DNA of 64,000 nt from Octopus sinensis (lineage: Eukaryota), in contig NC_043012.1 in NCBI RefSeq assembly GCF_006345805.1, positions 2,790,001-2,854,000 on the forward strand, in the 5' to 3' direction. How positions within the stretch are numbered: the stretch's first letter is position 1; every line of letters begins with the position of its first letter. Below are positions 51,691 through 64,000 of the stretch, one piece after another. The translations under genes were made by a program, and so were the position numbers. The notes beneath the pieces were generated by a model. It was not told the DNA's origin and made no database searches. It saw nothing but the letters and a program-made list of their open reading frames with translations.

Positions 51691-52236
51691 CTTACGGGGC
51701 CACCCTACGTAGTTGTTCACTCTGCTAGAAATAGCAGTCAAATATATCTTCAAATTACAACCTAAAATGTGAAAGCCACATTGGACAATGTTGGAAAAAG
51801 ATGGGATGGTCATGGGTGGGTTATGAAAGTGCTCGGATAGGACTAATCTGAGGTTATACACCGAAGAGTCTACCACTGTAAAAATAAGGAGGCCACATTG
51901 GATAATGTACCCCTAAATATCCCCAAATACGTGGGATGGTCATGGCTGGAATACATGAATCTGAGTTGACCCGGGGCTAAGCAATGGTAGCAACAACACT
52001 ATCATCACGTACTCTACCACCACTCACGCTTTCCAACACCTCCAACACTCACTCGCTGACCCCACCACCATCAGTCACATGACCACTAACACCGCCGCCA
52101 CTCACACCTCCACCCACATTACCTCTATCACACACCACCAACGCGAGTGCTGCCAAGACACGGTTGCTCGATCTGCTAGAAATAGCAGCCATGCCTCTTA
52201 AAAGCGCCCCACATACTATTTGAAAAAGGACAGATT

Positions 52237-52397
52237 GCAGGGCCGGTTCCAAGAATTTTTCGAAGGGAGTGCACAAGGTCAGAAGGGGATACAATCCCAG
52301 GAGAAAAGAGCGTAATAACATTATTTAGAAGGGCGCACTTCTTTTCTTGGGGTGGGCACGTGCCCGTCAGCCCTCACTCCACCTTGGGTCCGCCCCT
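52237..52397. mobile_element. Possible PIF/Harbinger-like MITE
   Basis: Imperfect TIR AGGGCCGGTTCCAAG / CTTGGGTCCGCCCCT. Confidence 0.3.
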
Positions 52398-52496
52398 AGA
52401 TTGGATACGAGAGAAAGAGAGAGAGAGAAACAAAGAAAGAGAAAGAAAGGAAGAAAGAGAGATTATTACGGCTTCAATGCCTTTGCTCATACGTCT

Positions 52497-52865
52497 GCCA
52501 AGCGTAGGTGTGTGTGGTTAAGAATTCTGCTTCCCAACCACAGAATTCCGGGTTCAGTCCCACTGCGTGACACCTTGCGCAAACGTCTTCTGCCGTAACC
52601 TCGAGCCGACCAATGCCTTGTATGTGGATTTGGTAGACGGAAACCGAAAGGAACAAGTCGTGTGTGTGTGTGTGTCCCACCATTGCTTGACAACCGGCGG
52701 TGTATTTATGTCCCCATCACTTTGTGGTTCGGCAGACGATACCAATAGAATAAGTACCAGGCTTTAAAAACAATGATTCCTATTGTCGAATCATTTGACT
52801 AAAATTTCTTCGATGTGGTGCCCCAGCATGGCGGCAGTCTAATGACTGAAGCAATTGAAAAATAA
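52497..52865 (+). mobile_element. SINE family A, diverged copy
   Basis: Head and tail motifs present. Confidence 0.8.
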
Positions 52866-52896
52866 ATGACACACACACACACACACACACACACGT

Positions 52897-53312
52897 CATA
52901 CTCTCTTTTACTTGTTTCAGTCACTTGACTGCGGCCATGCTGGAGCACTGCCTTCAGTCGCGCAAATCGACCCCAGAACTTATTCTTTGGAAGCCTAGTA
53001 CTTATTCTATCGGTCTCTTTTGCCGAACCGCTAAGTTACGGGGGACGTAAACAAACCAGCATCGGTTGACAAGCGATGTTGGGGGGCGGGGCAAACACAG
53101 ATACACAAACATACACATACACACACACATATATATATACATACATACATACATACGACAGGCTTCTTTCAGTTTCCGTCTACCAAATCTCCTCACAAGG
53201 CTTTGGTCGGCCCGAGGCTATAGTAGAAGACACTTGCCCAAAGTGCCATGCAGTGGGACTGAACCCAGAACCATGTGGTTTGTAAGCAAGCTACTTACCA
53301 CATAGCCACTCC
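52897..53312 (-). mobile_element. SINE family A, full length
   Basis: Head-to-tail match. Confidence 0.92.
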
Positions 53313-55349
53313 TTCATGTCTATAAAATACCTTTACAATTTGAAAAATCCAGGAAAAAAAAAGTGGGGAATAAGGATATCTCAGCTGAGCTGAGTTTATT
53401 GGAAAACCTCGGCACTGTTTTAGTAAAAACATTAGACTCCCACGTAGACTCCATTGGCTGCAAGCAACACATAGATACAATAAAATTGTAGAAGGTGTAA
53501 AGATAATTTATGAACACCCCGTATGTGTAGATATATATTGAGAAGGAAGAAGAGAAGGGGATAAGATAAAGGGGATGCTGGATTTTGTGAGATACCTGGG
53601 TTGTGGGAGTGGGGGTGGAGGTGGGGTGGGGCGCTAGCAGACATCTTTCTATCCCTGTTGGAGAAACGTTCCGTTTCGTTTCCATGAGTCAGACATGTAG
53701 TGTAAGCTTAACAGTTTCTGCATAGCAACCGTGATAGCGGGTGGCGGCGACTAAAACGGGTGGACGGGTGGTTGTGGAGATGATGATAGTTAAGTGTAGC
53801 GGGGGTAGGTGGAGTCTATTATTTAAAAGACAACCACCCAGATTGTTCAAGAAACAGTTCCTACACACACACACATACACACACACACACACACCACGTG
53901 TTTTATCGTCTTGTTTGTTTTATTTCATTCATGTTTTGTATATTTATTTATTGATGTATATTTTCTTTTACACATATTTCGGAGACATTTTTGTAGATCT
54001 GTCTGGCAGTGTGTGTGTGTGTGTGCGCGCGCGCTTAATTTAATGTATAGTTGTATGTATGTATGTAGGTATGTATGTTTGTGTATAAGCCTGTACATAT
54101 GTTGGCTTTCTTTTTCTTTAATTATTTGAATTCCTTCTATCATTTAGAGAAACGCAGTTCCATCGCAGGGATTTAGATAACAACAAGGAATAATCGTATA
54201 CTGAACTTTCGAAAAGTCTTCTATATTTTTGCCGTTCCGTTTACAAATTGTGTTTGCAAAGTTAGCAGGTCAGTGTCTGAAAACGTAAGGTTTTTGTTAT
54301 GTGTGCGTGAGAGTGAGAGAGAAAGAGTGAGCGAGTGAGCGTTAAAAAAATTTTGATGAAGAAACTAAATTAGGTAATGTAGTCACAGATGCGTAAAAGA
54401 CAGGATGGTCACGGTTGGAATACATTTGACAATAGAACCACATAAGTGTCGATTTTAGTCTAAATATCAATTTCAAAAATAACGTACCGTAATCAATGTT
54501 ACACTTACCTAAAATGGTTTTTGCTATATATTAGAGGCTGCGCCCATTGCAGTTTATATTCATCGTGTGTTTGTTTATCCTACAAATGTTCTTCGCTCTG
54601 TCTGTTTATTTTTGGTATATGTATGTCCCGAGGATGCGCCTGTGTATGTACGAGGACGTGTTTATGCATGCCCGAGGATGTATATCCGTCTGTATATATA
54701 TATATATATATGTGCGGATGTGATCTTATGTTTATTTTTCTTTGAGATTTAAGTTCTTCGCAAATTCAAACCAGTCAACAACAAAGTGACAAGGTTTCTT
54801 TGTATAAATCAAGTCAGTTCCAGAGGATTGTGAACTCAATGTGAACGAATGTGCTTATATATGTTGTGTGTGTGTGTATGTGTGGTGTGTGTGTGTGTGT
54901 GTGTGAATATACTTGCAATCACGTAATGGGTATATATGTCTTCAAGTATACAAATATGATTATTTTTGTTTACGTGTTTGTCATGTACCTATGTTATTCT
55001 TCGTTATATCTTCATTCCAAGAAATTCAAATAAAGAATCTTCGGAATTTCTTAGGAATCTTCATTGTGCCACTAATTGGTTGAATATGGAGAGTGGCGAG
55101 TCAGTCTGATCGGAAAGCCCTAGGCATTTACAGTCTTTTATGCAAAACTGGTGTTACATAGCTCAGTGGAACTATGATAATAGGTAGAAATGAGTATCTA
55201 TTGCCAGCATACAAGAGCTGTAAATCCCACATTATTTCATTAAAGATGCTCTTTTTATCTACAACTTTAAATGTGGATAATATTCTCATCCGCTAGACAG
55301 CTGATCTCTTCAACAATTCTTGACATGTTTTCCATGTCCTGATGAATAA

Positions 55350-55715
55350 TTCTTTCTACTATAGGCTTAAGGACTGAAATTTTGCGAGGTGGGGTGGGGG
55401 TAGCAGTCGATGGGATGGTCATGAATGGGTTATGAAAGTGCTCGGATAGGACTAACCTGAGGTTACACACCGAAGAGTCTACCACTGTAAAAATGAGGAG
55501 GCCACATTGGATAATGTACCCCTAAATATCCCCAAATACATGGGATGGTCATGGCTGGAATTCAGTGCTCGATTGCTACATACTTCATCGACCCCGAAAA
55601 AAACTGAAAGGCGAAGTCGATCTCGGAGAAATTTGAATCAGAACCGAAAGCCGGAAGAAGCGCCGTCGAGCATTTTCTTCGGCGTAGTAATGATTACTGT
55701 CAGCTCGCTGCTTGT
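55350..55715 (-). mobile_element. SINE family B interrupted by a 153 bp duplicated segment
   Basis: SINE tail at 55350-55408 and body at 55562-55715 flank a copy of 51800-51952. Confidence 0.75.
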
Positions 55716-55774
55716 GTCCTAATGAATAATATCAAATCTTTTGTAAATGTTCAAGATTGCTGTTTTAATTAGAA

Positions 55775-56075
55775 CTAGCAGTATCGCCCGGCGTTGCTCG
55801 GATTTGTAAGGGAAATAACTATATAAGCATTTTTAGAGAGTTACTTCCCTTATATAATAGCAAAAAAATGCATTAAAAATTGGAAAAAATTATGGTAATT
55901 TTTTTTTAAATTGTAGATTCATCGTAGACGCGCGCTAATACCCAGAAGGGCTCGATATGAATCACGACTATAAGATACCCGCTTTTGGTTAAACTGCACC
56001 GCAAAATGTGGGAGTAGTTAGGAATCTAAATCGTAGGAGACAGACAACACACAACCTCACTTTTATATATAAAGA
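55775..56075 (-). mobile_element. Non-autonomous Helitron-like element
   Basis: On minus: A|TCTTTATATATAAAAG ... CCGAGCAACGCCGGG hairpin ... CTAG|T; AT target, no TSD. Confidence 0.75.
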
Positions 56076-57474
56076 TATTCCATTAGTATTCCTTATCTTT
56101 TGAGGTGTAGATACATTCTAGTTCTTGAATACTTTGGTATGACCGGCAGGCAATTTTTCAATTAGGTTCCTTCGTAAATAGTTTAAGAAACAATTTCAAA
56201 TCACATGAAGGAGATTGATTACAGACATACATCAGCTGATGAGGATCTGGGCTATATGTTTCTCATTTGTAAGGGCACAATGAACGTTTTCTATCGCAGC
56301 TAGGAGTTTTGGACGTATCCTTATGTATTTTGTTTTGTCATTTTTTCCTTTTTTTTAATTATCAGACAGTGATTACTACACTGTTCTTGAATTGCCAAAT
56401 GTAGGATGTGATGTATCAATCACTAGTTCAAAAATAGATTCTTCTCGTCAATGTTATTAATATCTTTTAACTCTCGGTATATGAACCCATGCATAACTTT
56501 CGTCTGATATTTTTCACTACTTCCGAGCCCGGGTTTCAGACATGTTTCTAGGAATGCGTACACTTACACTTTACACTTACACTCAATTAAAAAAATTAAT
56601 AGCATTAACTTAAAATAATCATTTATGTAGCATATTTAATGTATATACACAATTTGAAAGACATGATGCTGTGATTTTTGTCCGAGAGAAAATATCGCCA
56701 TCGACACGTTAAAAACAAAATATATTATCGAAACGAGGCAGACGTCGTCTCAACAGTGAGTCACAAGAATGTCTAACGCGTTTCGGCTTTCTTGGGCTTT
56801 GTCAATGATGTGTACCATCTGGTCGCATGCCGAAATGAAATTTGTGCCCTCCGATATATAGCGAACAGTGAATGATACTTTCATTGATACTATAGAAAAC
56901 TTGCCGAACTGAAAGAAATTCGGTGTACGCAATTGAAACAGCATTGGATTAAAATAGCCATCTGCGTACTATACTTAACGTATATAAAGCATTGACAGGC
57001 AGGAGGTAGATTTTGTCCGAGAGAAAATATCTTCATGGATATGTTAAAAATTCAATGTGTGTGTGTCTCGGAGCGGGGCGAAGACACAGATATATTTTCC
57101 GGAATCTGCGCTAATCGGAGTCCGTGGCTAACTTTTTCTGTTTTCTCCTTCATACTCCCTAACATATTGTTTAAATCTTCTCTTTCGCCGATTCTCTAAC
57201 GTTGTTAGCTTCAGTTCCGTAAACAACATCAAAGAACCGATAATTTTTTCAATTTTCAGTGACACAAACTAAGTACAACAAACGGTTGCCTCGGGCTGGT
57301 TCCTCAAACCTACTACAATTACCTATTACTTGGTACACGCTGGTTACGGCCTCGCTCTGTGCGTGAAAAATCTATCTTTAGCCATAATACATGTCTTTCT
57401 CTCTGCCCCGCGCCAGCTTATTTCTCTATTAAACGTCATCTCAAACGCTTTTCCTCCTCCTCCCTACACATAAG

Positions 57475-57873
57475 TATACTTTTTACTCTTTTTTACTTGT
57501 TTCAGTCATTTGACTGCGGCCATGCTGGAGCACCACCTTTAATCGAGCAACTCGACCCCGGGACTTATTCTTTGTAAGCCCAGGACTTATTCTATCGGTC
57601 TCTTTTTGCCGAACCGCTAATTGACGGGGACATAAACACACCAGCATCGGTTGTCAAGCAATGCTAGGGGGACAAACACAGACACACAAACACATACATA
57701 TATATATATACATATATACGACAGGCTTCTTTCAGTTTCCGTCTACCAAATCCACTCACAAGGCTTTGGTCGGCCCGAGGCTATAGTAGAAGACACTTGC
57801 CCAAGGTGCCACGCAGTGGGACTGAACCCGGAACCATGTGGTTGGTAAACAAGCTACTTACCACACAGCCACT
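57475..57873 (-). mobile_element. SINE family A, full length
   Basis: Head-to-tail match. Confidence 0.92.
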
Positions 57874-58279
57874 CATCCTTTCCCGTTTGCTTATATGACA
57901 ATAGCAAAAGAATTTATTTCGTCTTACGCCATTCAAAGTGGGCATTCGTGTTTTGTTTGTGGAAAATCATACTCGTATAATACTTCTATTTACACAGCTA
58001 TATACACGTGCATGCGTGTATATGTGATGTTTTTATATGTATTTTTCAGCTTTATATAGTGATTTTTTTGTGGTGGTGGGGAGTCTTATCGATATAAGTT
58101 TTGTTTATGTGTCTATTATGGCACTTCAGTTGGTCTTAGAAATGCCTGGTGGTGCCCATCTCTTCAAGCGTTCAGTCCTTCACTAAGTTTAGCCTGCCAG
58201 AAGAAGCAGCCACCAGGGTGCGGCTGAGAATGGTATCGGAGCCAAAAGTGAGACTCAGGTGAGAATCAGTGTATCCGCC

Positions 58280-58510
58280 AATCCTTCAAGACATTGCAGT
58301 TGGAAACTGAGGTGTTATCTCTACTCGAACACAGACAGAGAAAATCCCGGTTTCACAACATCAAGGACTGGACAGGTCACAACACAGCGAACCTGCTACG
58401 CACAACAGAGGCCCGAGACCAGTGGCGGCGGCGGCTGACTACGAAAGCGTCTAGAGTGGCACCCCAACGACTGACTGCATCGGTTAAGGAATTATGATGA
58501 CTGATGATGG
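58280..58510 (+). mobile_element. RTE-type LINE 3' end
   Basis: RQRKSRFHNIKDWTG...LLRTTEARDQWRR...APQR...* followed by a (TGA)n tail. Confidence 0.75.
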
Positions 58511-58931
58511 TTATCGATATAAATTGTAATGGTAGTAGGCCCAGTAGCATTGTCATAAACATCACCGACACCGCAAGACTGGACAATGCAGTTACTGAAA
58601 TACAGTAAAGTAGGATGGGAAATGCCATCGGTCATAAACAACAGCAGAGCTAAGGACGTTGTTTTCTTTATCGTTAGGAGATGCGTGATGAGGGTCACGT
58701 CAACAATACTTCAAGCACTTCAGTAACAAGCACCACTAACATTACCACTACTAGTACTACAATTCTCGCCATCACTCAGCCCACTACCATCATCACAAGT
58801 ACCACACCTCAATTATAAACACTACAAAATTGTCTTTGCTACTACAATAACCACCACGACCATCAAAATAGTGAACACAACATTGGATAGCATGAAGAGG
58901 GTATGTGATGGCGGTGGTATTAATTAAAATA

Positions 58932-59163
58932 GGGCGGCGAGCTGGCAGAATCGTTAGCACGCCGGGCGAAATGCGTAGCCGTATTTCGTCTGCCGTTATG
59001 TTCTGAGTTCAAATTCCGCCGAGGTCGACTTTGCCTTTCATCCTTTCGGGGTCGATAAATTAAGTACCAGTTACGCACTGGGGTCGATATAATCGACTTA
59101 ATACCTATGTCTGTCCATGTTTGTCCCCTCTCTGTTTAGCCCCTTGTGGGTAATAAAGAAATA
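58932..59163 (+). mobile_element. SINE family B, full length with TSD
   Basis: TSD GGTATTAATTA at 58916-58926 and 59164-59174. Confidence 0.92.
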
Positions 59164-59364
59164 GGTATTAATTATGGTAATGGTAGTTATGATAGAGAAC
59201 TTGCCTTGATTTACTTCCTCTCCAACTCTCTTTTTCTCGGTCTTTTCCCTTATACACACATCACGCATGCAAAGTTTGTGTGAATAGAGTTTGTTTGGTC
59301 GTAAATATGTCAGCAATTCTCTCCCTCCTTCCATCTTTAGTTCCAATATACTGTACCGTCTGTC

Positions 59365-59967
59365 TTTCATTCATTTCATTCATGGGACGGGGACCATGCT
59401 GGGGCACCGCCTTGAAGAGGTTTTTAAGTCGAACAAACCGACCCCCAGTGCTTATTGAGTCTGGTACTTATTCTGTCGGTCGTTTGCCGACCTGCTAAGT
59501 TAGGAGGACGTAAACGAACCAATACCGGTTGTCAGGAAATGGTGGAGATGGGACAAACAAGACACACACACATACTGTTGACGTCACAAGAATTTAGAAA
59601 CTTCGAGAATGAGAAATGGTTTACACACATACGGCTTTCCCACTTTCTATCTACCAAATTCACTCATAGCGCGTAGGTCGGCTCAGAGCTAAGAAACTTG
59701 TCCAATGTGTTGCGCAGTGGAACCGAACCCGAAACCGCTTAGTTGCAAATATCTATATATTCTTTTATTCTTTTACATGTTTCAGTCATTTGACTGCAGT
59801 CATGCTGGAGCACCGCCTTAAGGGGATTTTTAGTCGAAGAAATCAACCCCAGGACTTAAGCGGTGTCTTTTGCCGAACCGCTAAGTTACAAGGACGTCAA
59901 CACCAACAACAGTTGTCAAGCAATGGAGGAGGGACAAGCACAGATTCAAAGACACACACATAAATGT

Positions 59968-60044
<77 letters not shown>

Positions 60045-60225
60045 GAGACATACACACACACATACATACACGACGGGTTTCTTTCAGTTTCTGTCTACCA
60101 AATCCACTCGCAAGTCTCTGGTTGGCCCGAGGCTATAGTAAAAGACACCTGCCCAAGGTACCACGCAGTGGGACTGAACCCGGAACCATGTGGTTGGGAA
60201 GCAAGCTCCTTACCACACAGCCACG
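59365..60225 (-). mobile_element. Two tandem SINE family A copies (old 59365-59745, younger 59760-60225)
   Basis: Two CATGCTGG(A/G)GCACCGCC tails and two heads. Confidence 0.85.
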
Positions 60226-61084
60226 CCATAATCTTATTATTAGTAGTAGTCTGTGGACGAAACTATAACATCTTAATCTCATGATTTTTTCTGTGCAAAA
60301 TAGTGTCAGCTGGCTCAAAGTCCTCGCTGAACGGTTTTTATTTCAGAAATTTACTTCTCCTAGATGAAGTGTTTTCACTATGACAGGTGACCAGCATCTA
60401 CTTTTGGCTATATCCCTCCAAATCCTTCCGTCTTTTGATGGGACTTTGTTTTTGATCCCATTGGGTGTCCAAAAATCGACCTCTGTCACTTAACAAGCTT
60501 GGTCGCCGACGACCCGACCAAGCAGCAGATTGTACTATGTTACAAGTAGCGCAAGAGCGATATATATATATATATACACACACACACATATATATACTGC
60601 GAACCGGTTGTCCCTCCAGAATATATTGTGCAGCCGCGTTAATTACCACATATGTACACGTGTGTGTGAGTGAGAAAATTAGTTGATTCTGTTCTCTGTG
60701 GTTATAATTCTTGTGCAATTAAAGATTTCCATTGCCTGATTTCAATATACTATTAGTAGCGAAGTATTGTGGTTGTATTTCACCCATAGGAGATGACGTA
60801 TTGCAGCACGAATAAAACCTTTTTTTTTTAATTAATTACACTATATTTTGTGTTCACAAAATTTACCTAAATGTTGCTGATAGTCCAACTTATATTTTCC
60901 TATCACAATCGTTTGTCTCACGAGCCCCTATGAGGTTTTGCATCTCGCCTTGATAGTTTAGTTACTCAAGCATAAACCGCATTCATCCGCTCCAACAATA
61001 ACTTACAGTTTGAATTATTCAACACTAAAAACAAGGCTCATCAAGCCGAATGTAATTAGGTCGACCTCGGGCTAATGCTGTTAA

Positions 61085-61300
61085 TCCTTTCTACTATAGG
61101 CACAAGGCCTACAATTTTTATGGAAGGAGATTAGTCGATTACATCGATCCTAGACCTCATTTGGCACACATTTTATCGACCCCGAAAGGAGGAAAGGTAA
61201 AGTCCACCTCGGCGACATTTGAACTCAAGCGTAAAACTGGAAGAAATGTTGCTAAAGATTTTGTTAGGTGCGGTAACGATTCTACCATCTCGCCGCCTTC
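61085..61300 (-). mobile_element. SINE family B, diverged copy
   Basis: ATCGACCCCGAAAGGA...AAAGTCCACCTCGGCG. Confidence 0.75.
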
Positions 61301-61699
61301 TTGTGTAGTTAACAATGAAAACAAAATGGCGCCTATTTACCGCTTGACTCATAAATGCTATCTTTTTTTAAGCATTTTCATCTACCACGAGGATTTACTT
61401 ATTGAAAAATTTTAATACCCAATTAAAATACGACACAATCTGAAATTCAATAGTCGTTAAATAATTTAAATGGTAAGAATCATCTGAATCTCGTACATTT
61501 AACTCTTACCATCTGTTGTTTGTTCTGTCCTTGTTTCTCATCAAGAACCGAAGCTTCCGCAATTACTATATACAAATCAATCAGATCAATGCTCAATTTA
61601 TTTTACATATTCGACAATTTTTTTTTATTAATTTGCTTTTAAACAGCAAGAAAAAAAAGTAAATAAATCGTCAATATTTTCATCTGCAATTAAATCGTC

Positions 61700-61740
<41 letters not shown>

Positions 61741-61949
61741 ATATATTTTCACTAATATTTAGCTGAAGCAACAGAGTGACTCAAAGGACGAGAGTTTAGT
61801 GCGTTAGCATTTATCAAACCTCTACGCATACACATATATGTATTTAATGATAAAAGATTTTGGTTTAGGTTTTTTTAAAAAAGTTTGCAATTAACAGAAT
61901 TATTCAGGTATCTGGTATTAAGCGAAATCGATTTGTGTGCGTGTATGTG

Positions 61950-61983
<34 letters not shown>

Positions 61984-62115
61984 GTGTAAAATATTACATA
62001 TTATATTATGTTTATGTGTTGTGTATGCGTAAATATAAATAAGTGTGGAATTGTATTTCCGCACATTATATTACACACACCCATACACACACACACATAC
62101 ACACATACACACACA

Positions 62116-62155
<40 letters not shown>

Positions 62156-63396
62156 GCACGCACGTGTGACCACGAGGAGGCATGCTCATTGGCTTGTGGG
62201 CTCTTGAAGCGATTATTTCAAACAGATTTGTATTTTTATAGCTAGCTTCAAGGAGTGCACTTTACGATACGCACCGACAACATCCTGGTTTAGTGCAGAG
62301 CTATTTAGGGATACTCAGTGTGGAAGACGACGACGGCGATGGTGGCGGCAATGGCGGTGGGGAGGTGTTGATTCCATCCTGCCTGGTTACATCACCTGCA
62401 TCTCATTTTGTTTTGTGAGCGCGTGCAGTGAATGTGCGAGCGCGCGGAGGTGGGGACGCGTGTGATGAATGTATGTTCGGATATACGAATGGTGTTTCTG
62501 TGATCAAATATATTTGTGTGCGTGCGTGCGTGCGTGCGTGCGTGCATGAGCATTTGTGGAGTACATGTGTGATGGAATGAACGTACGTGTACGAGTGAAA
62601 GTTTGTGTGAATGCATGTGTGTGTGATTATATGCGTTTCCTGTAGAGTGAACAACACAAAGCTTATATGTGAAATAGTTCACTTGCCATTCTTTAGCCCT
62701 TGTCCAGTTCCCTAAGTGTGCAACCCCATCAAAAATGTTCCTGCTGTGATCATCTCAATTTTTTTTTTGCACTAGCCCCGAGTACAGTTTCCCCCCACTC
62801 CCTGTTTTAAAGAAATTCCTAACAAGTTTAGCGACCACATTTGAAAGTTCCCCCTCTTTGGCTTGATATTTTAGGTGTTGCTTGATCTTTGATCAGTGGC
62901 GTTCCAACTATGACCATCTCATCTATTTCCGTGCGTCGAGGGCTGCTAGAGCACATTATGAAATGTATTCTTCCTGTTTTAAAACCGTTGACATGACATT
63001 TGAAAAAGATCTCTCTCCTTTTTCTAGCAGATCGACCGATCTCAGTCTTCCGCATCGCTAGAGCCAAAGTTGTTTAAAGGAAAACTTCACTTCGGTCAGA
63101 TCCTCCATCTTTCTCGAAGAGGTCGTTTTTCCGATTGCTGTCCTGTTCTGCATACGATGAAGTATCGTGGCGATGTTTTTAATGCAACTGTCTCACTATA
63201 GTGTATATATATATTGTTAGCGATAGAAGCAGTTTTAATACCAAAAGATAATCTTTATATGCAACTTAACATGAATGTCTTGTTAGAACATCTTTGGCCA
63301 GGATATTAGCCCTGGCTACCGGTACGCAGGAAGAATATGAATTTAGAACACAAACAGTAGGAACCGCTGCCGCAAGGCATCTTGTCTAGCGCTTTG

Positions 63397-63449
<53 letters not shown>

Positions 63450-63454
<5 letters not shown>

Positions 63455-63964
63455 TAATCCAAACAAGAAAACAAAAAAACAAAAAAGACAACAACGCAAG
63501 GAGGTGGAACAATTAAAGTATTATTAGGCGCTCAGGAAAAAGGGAAGAAGGAGGGTATGACGTTTCGAGCGGAGCTCTTCGTCGGAAACATAGGAGAAAG
63601 AAAGATCCCGAGGTGGGAAGACAGAGGGAAAAAAATGCAAGTGGTCTCACGAGGTCAACATACTATATATATATAGTGGCGTACTCCGGATGAATGGTAA
63701 CAGTAATCCGTAGGTGTAAAAATCCAGGAATTGGTTATCCAAGGCAGTCAGAAGGCCGGGGTCCGTGTGAGCGTGCGGTATATAAAGTTAATCCAAACAT
63801 GAAAACACAAAGAGAAAACACAACAAAGCGAGGACGTGGAACAAATATAGTATTATTGGACGCTCAGGAACCTTCTTTCCTTTTTTCCTGAGTGTCCAAT
63901 AATACTATACTTGTTCCACGTCCTCGCGTTGTTGTGTTTTCTCTTTGTGTTTTCATGTTTGGAT

Positions 63965-63969
<5 letters not shown>
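63450..63969. mobile_element. Penelope-like composite: terminal repeat with hammerhead variant, internal segment, second partial repeat and its inverted copy
   Basis: AAAGTTAATCCAAAC...CGCTCAGGAA unit at 63450 and 63783, inverted at 63885-63969; hammerhead-like motif at 63555-63589. Confidence 0.65.

Positions 63970-64000
<31 letters not shown>

Noticed and set aside
62830-63180. LTR gag-like remnant
   Set aside because: Only a vague resemblance in a short translation; no diagnostic motif

Overview
AT-rich, microsatellite-dense eukaryotic intronic or intergenic DNA. The SINE families, Helitron-like and mariner elements and the repeat landscape look like an octopus (coleoid cephalopod) genome; this is inferred from recognising repeat families, with no search run. 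I could not identify any host protein-coding gene. Most listed ORFs are translated microsatellites, and the real coding remnants belong to transposons: a Tx1/L1-type RT fragment, four RTE-type fragments, a CRE-like REL-endonuclease end, a CR1-like fragment, a twin-C2H2 LINE tail, and one full-length decayed mariner plus a 5' fragment. About 30 tRNA-derived SINE copies and five non-autonomous Helitron-like elements are also present. The most interesting signal is a set of minimal type-I hammerhead ribozyme folds in short Penelope-like repeats. One (2450-2500) carries a compensatory G3-C8 swap of the catalytic C3-G8 pair, and another (50167-50210, minus) has an intact canonical core. Other findings are an apparent GGTATT insertion preference of one SINE family, an 11-unit 44-47 bp array, several local fold-back or templated duplications, and a speculative chain of minus-strand exons.
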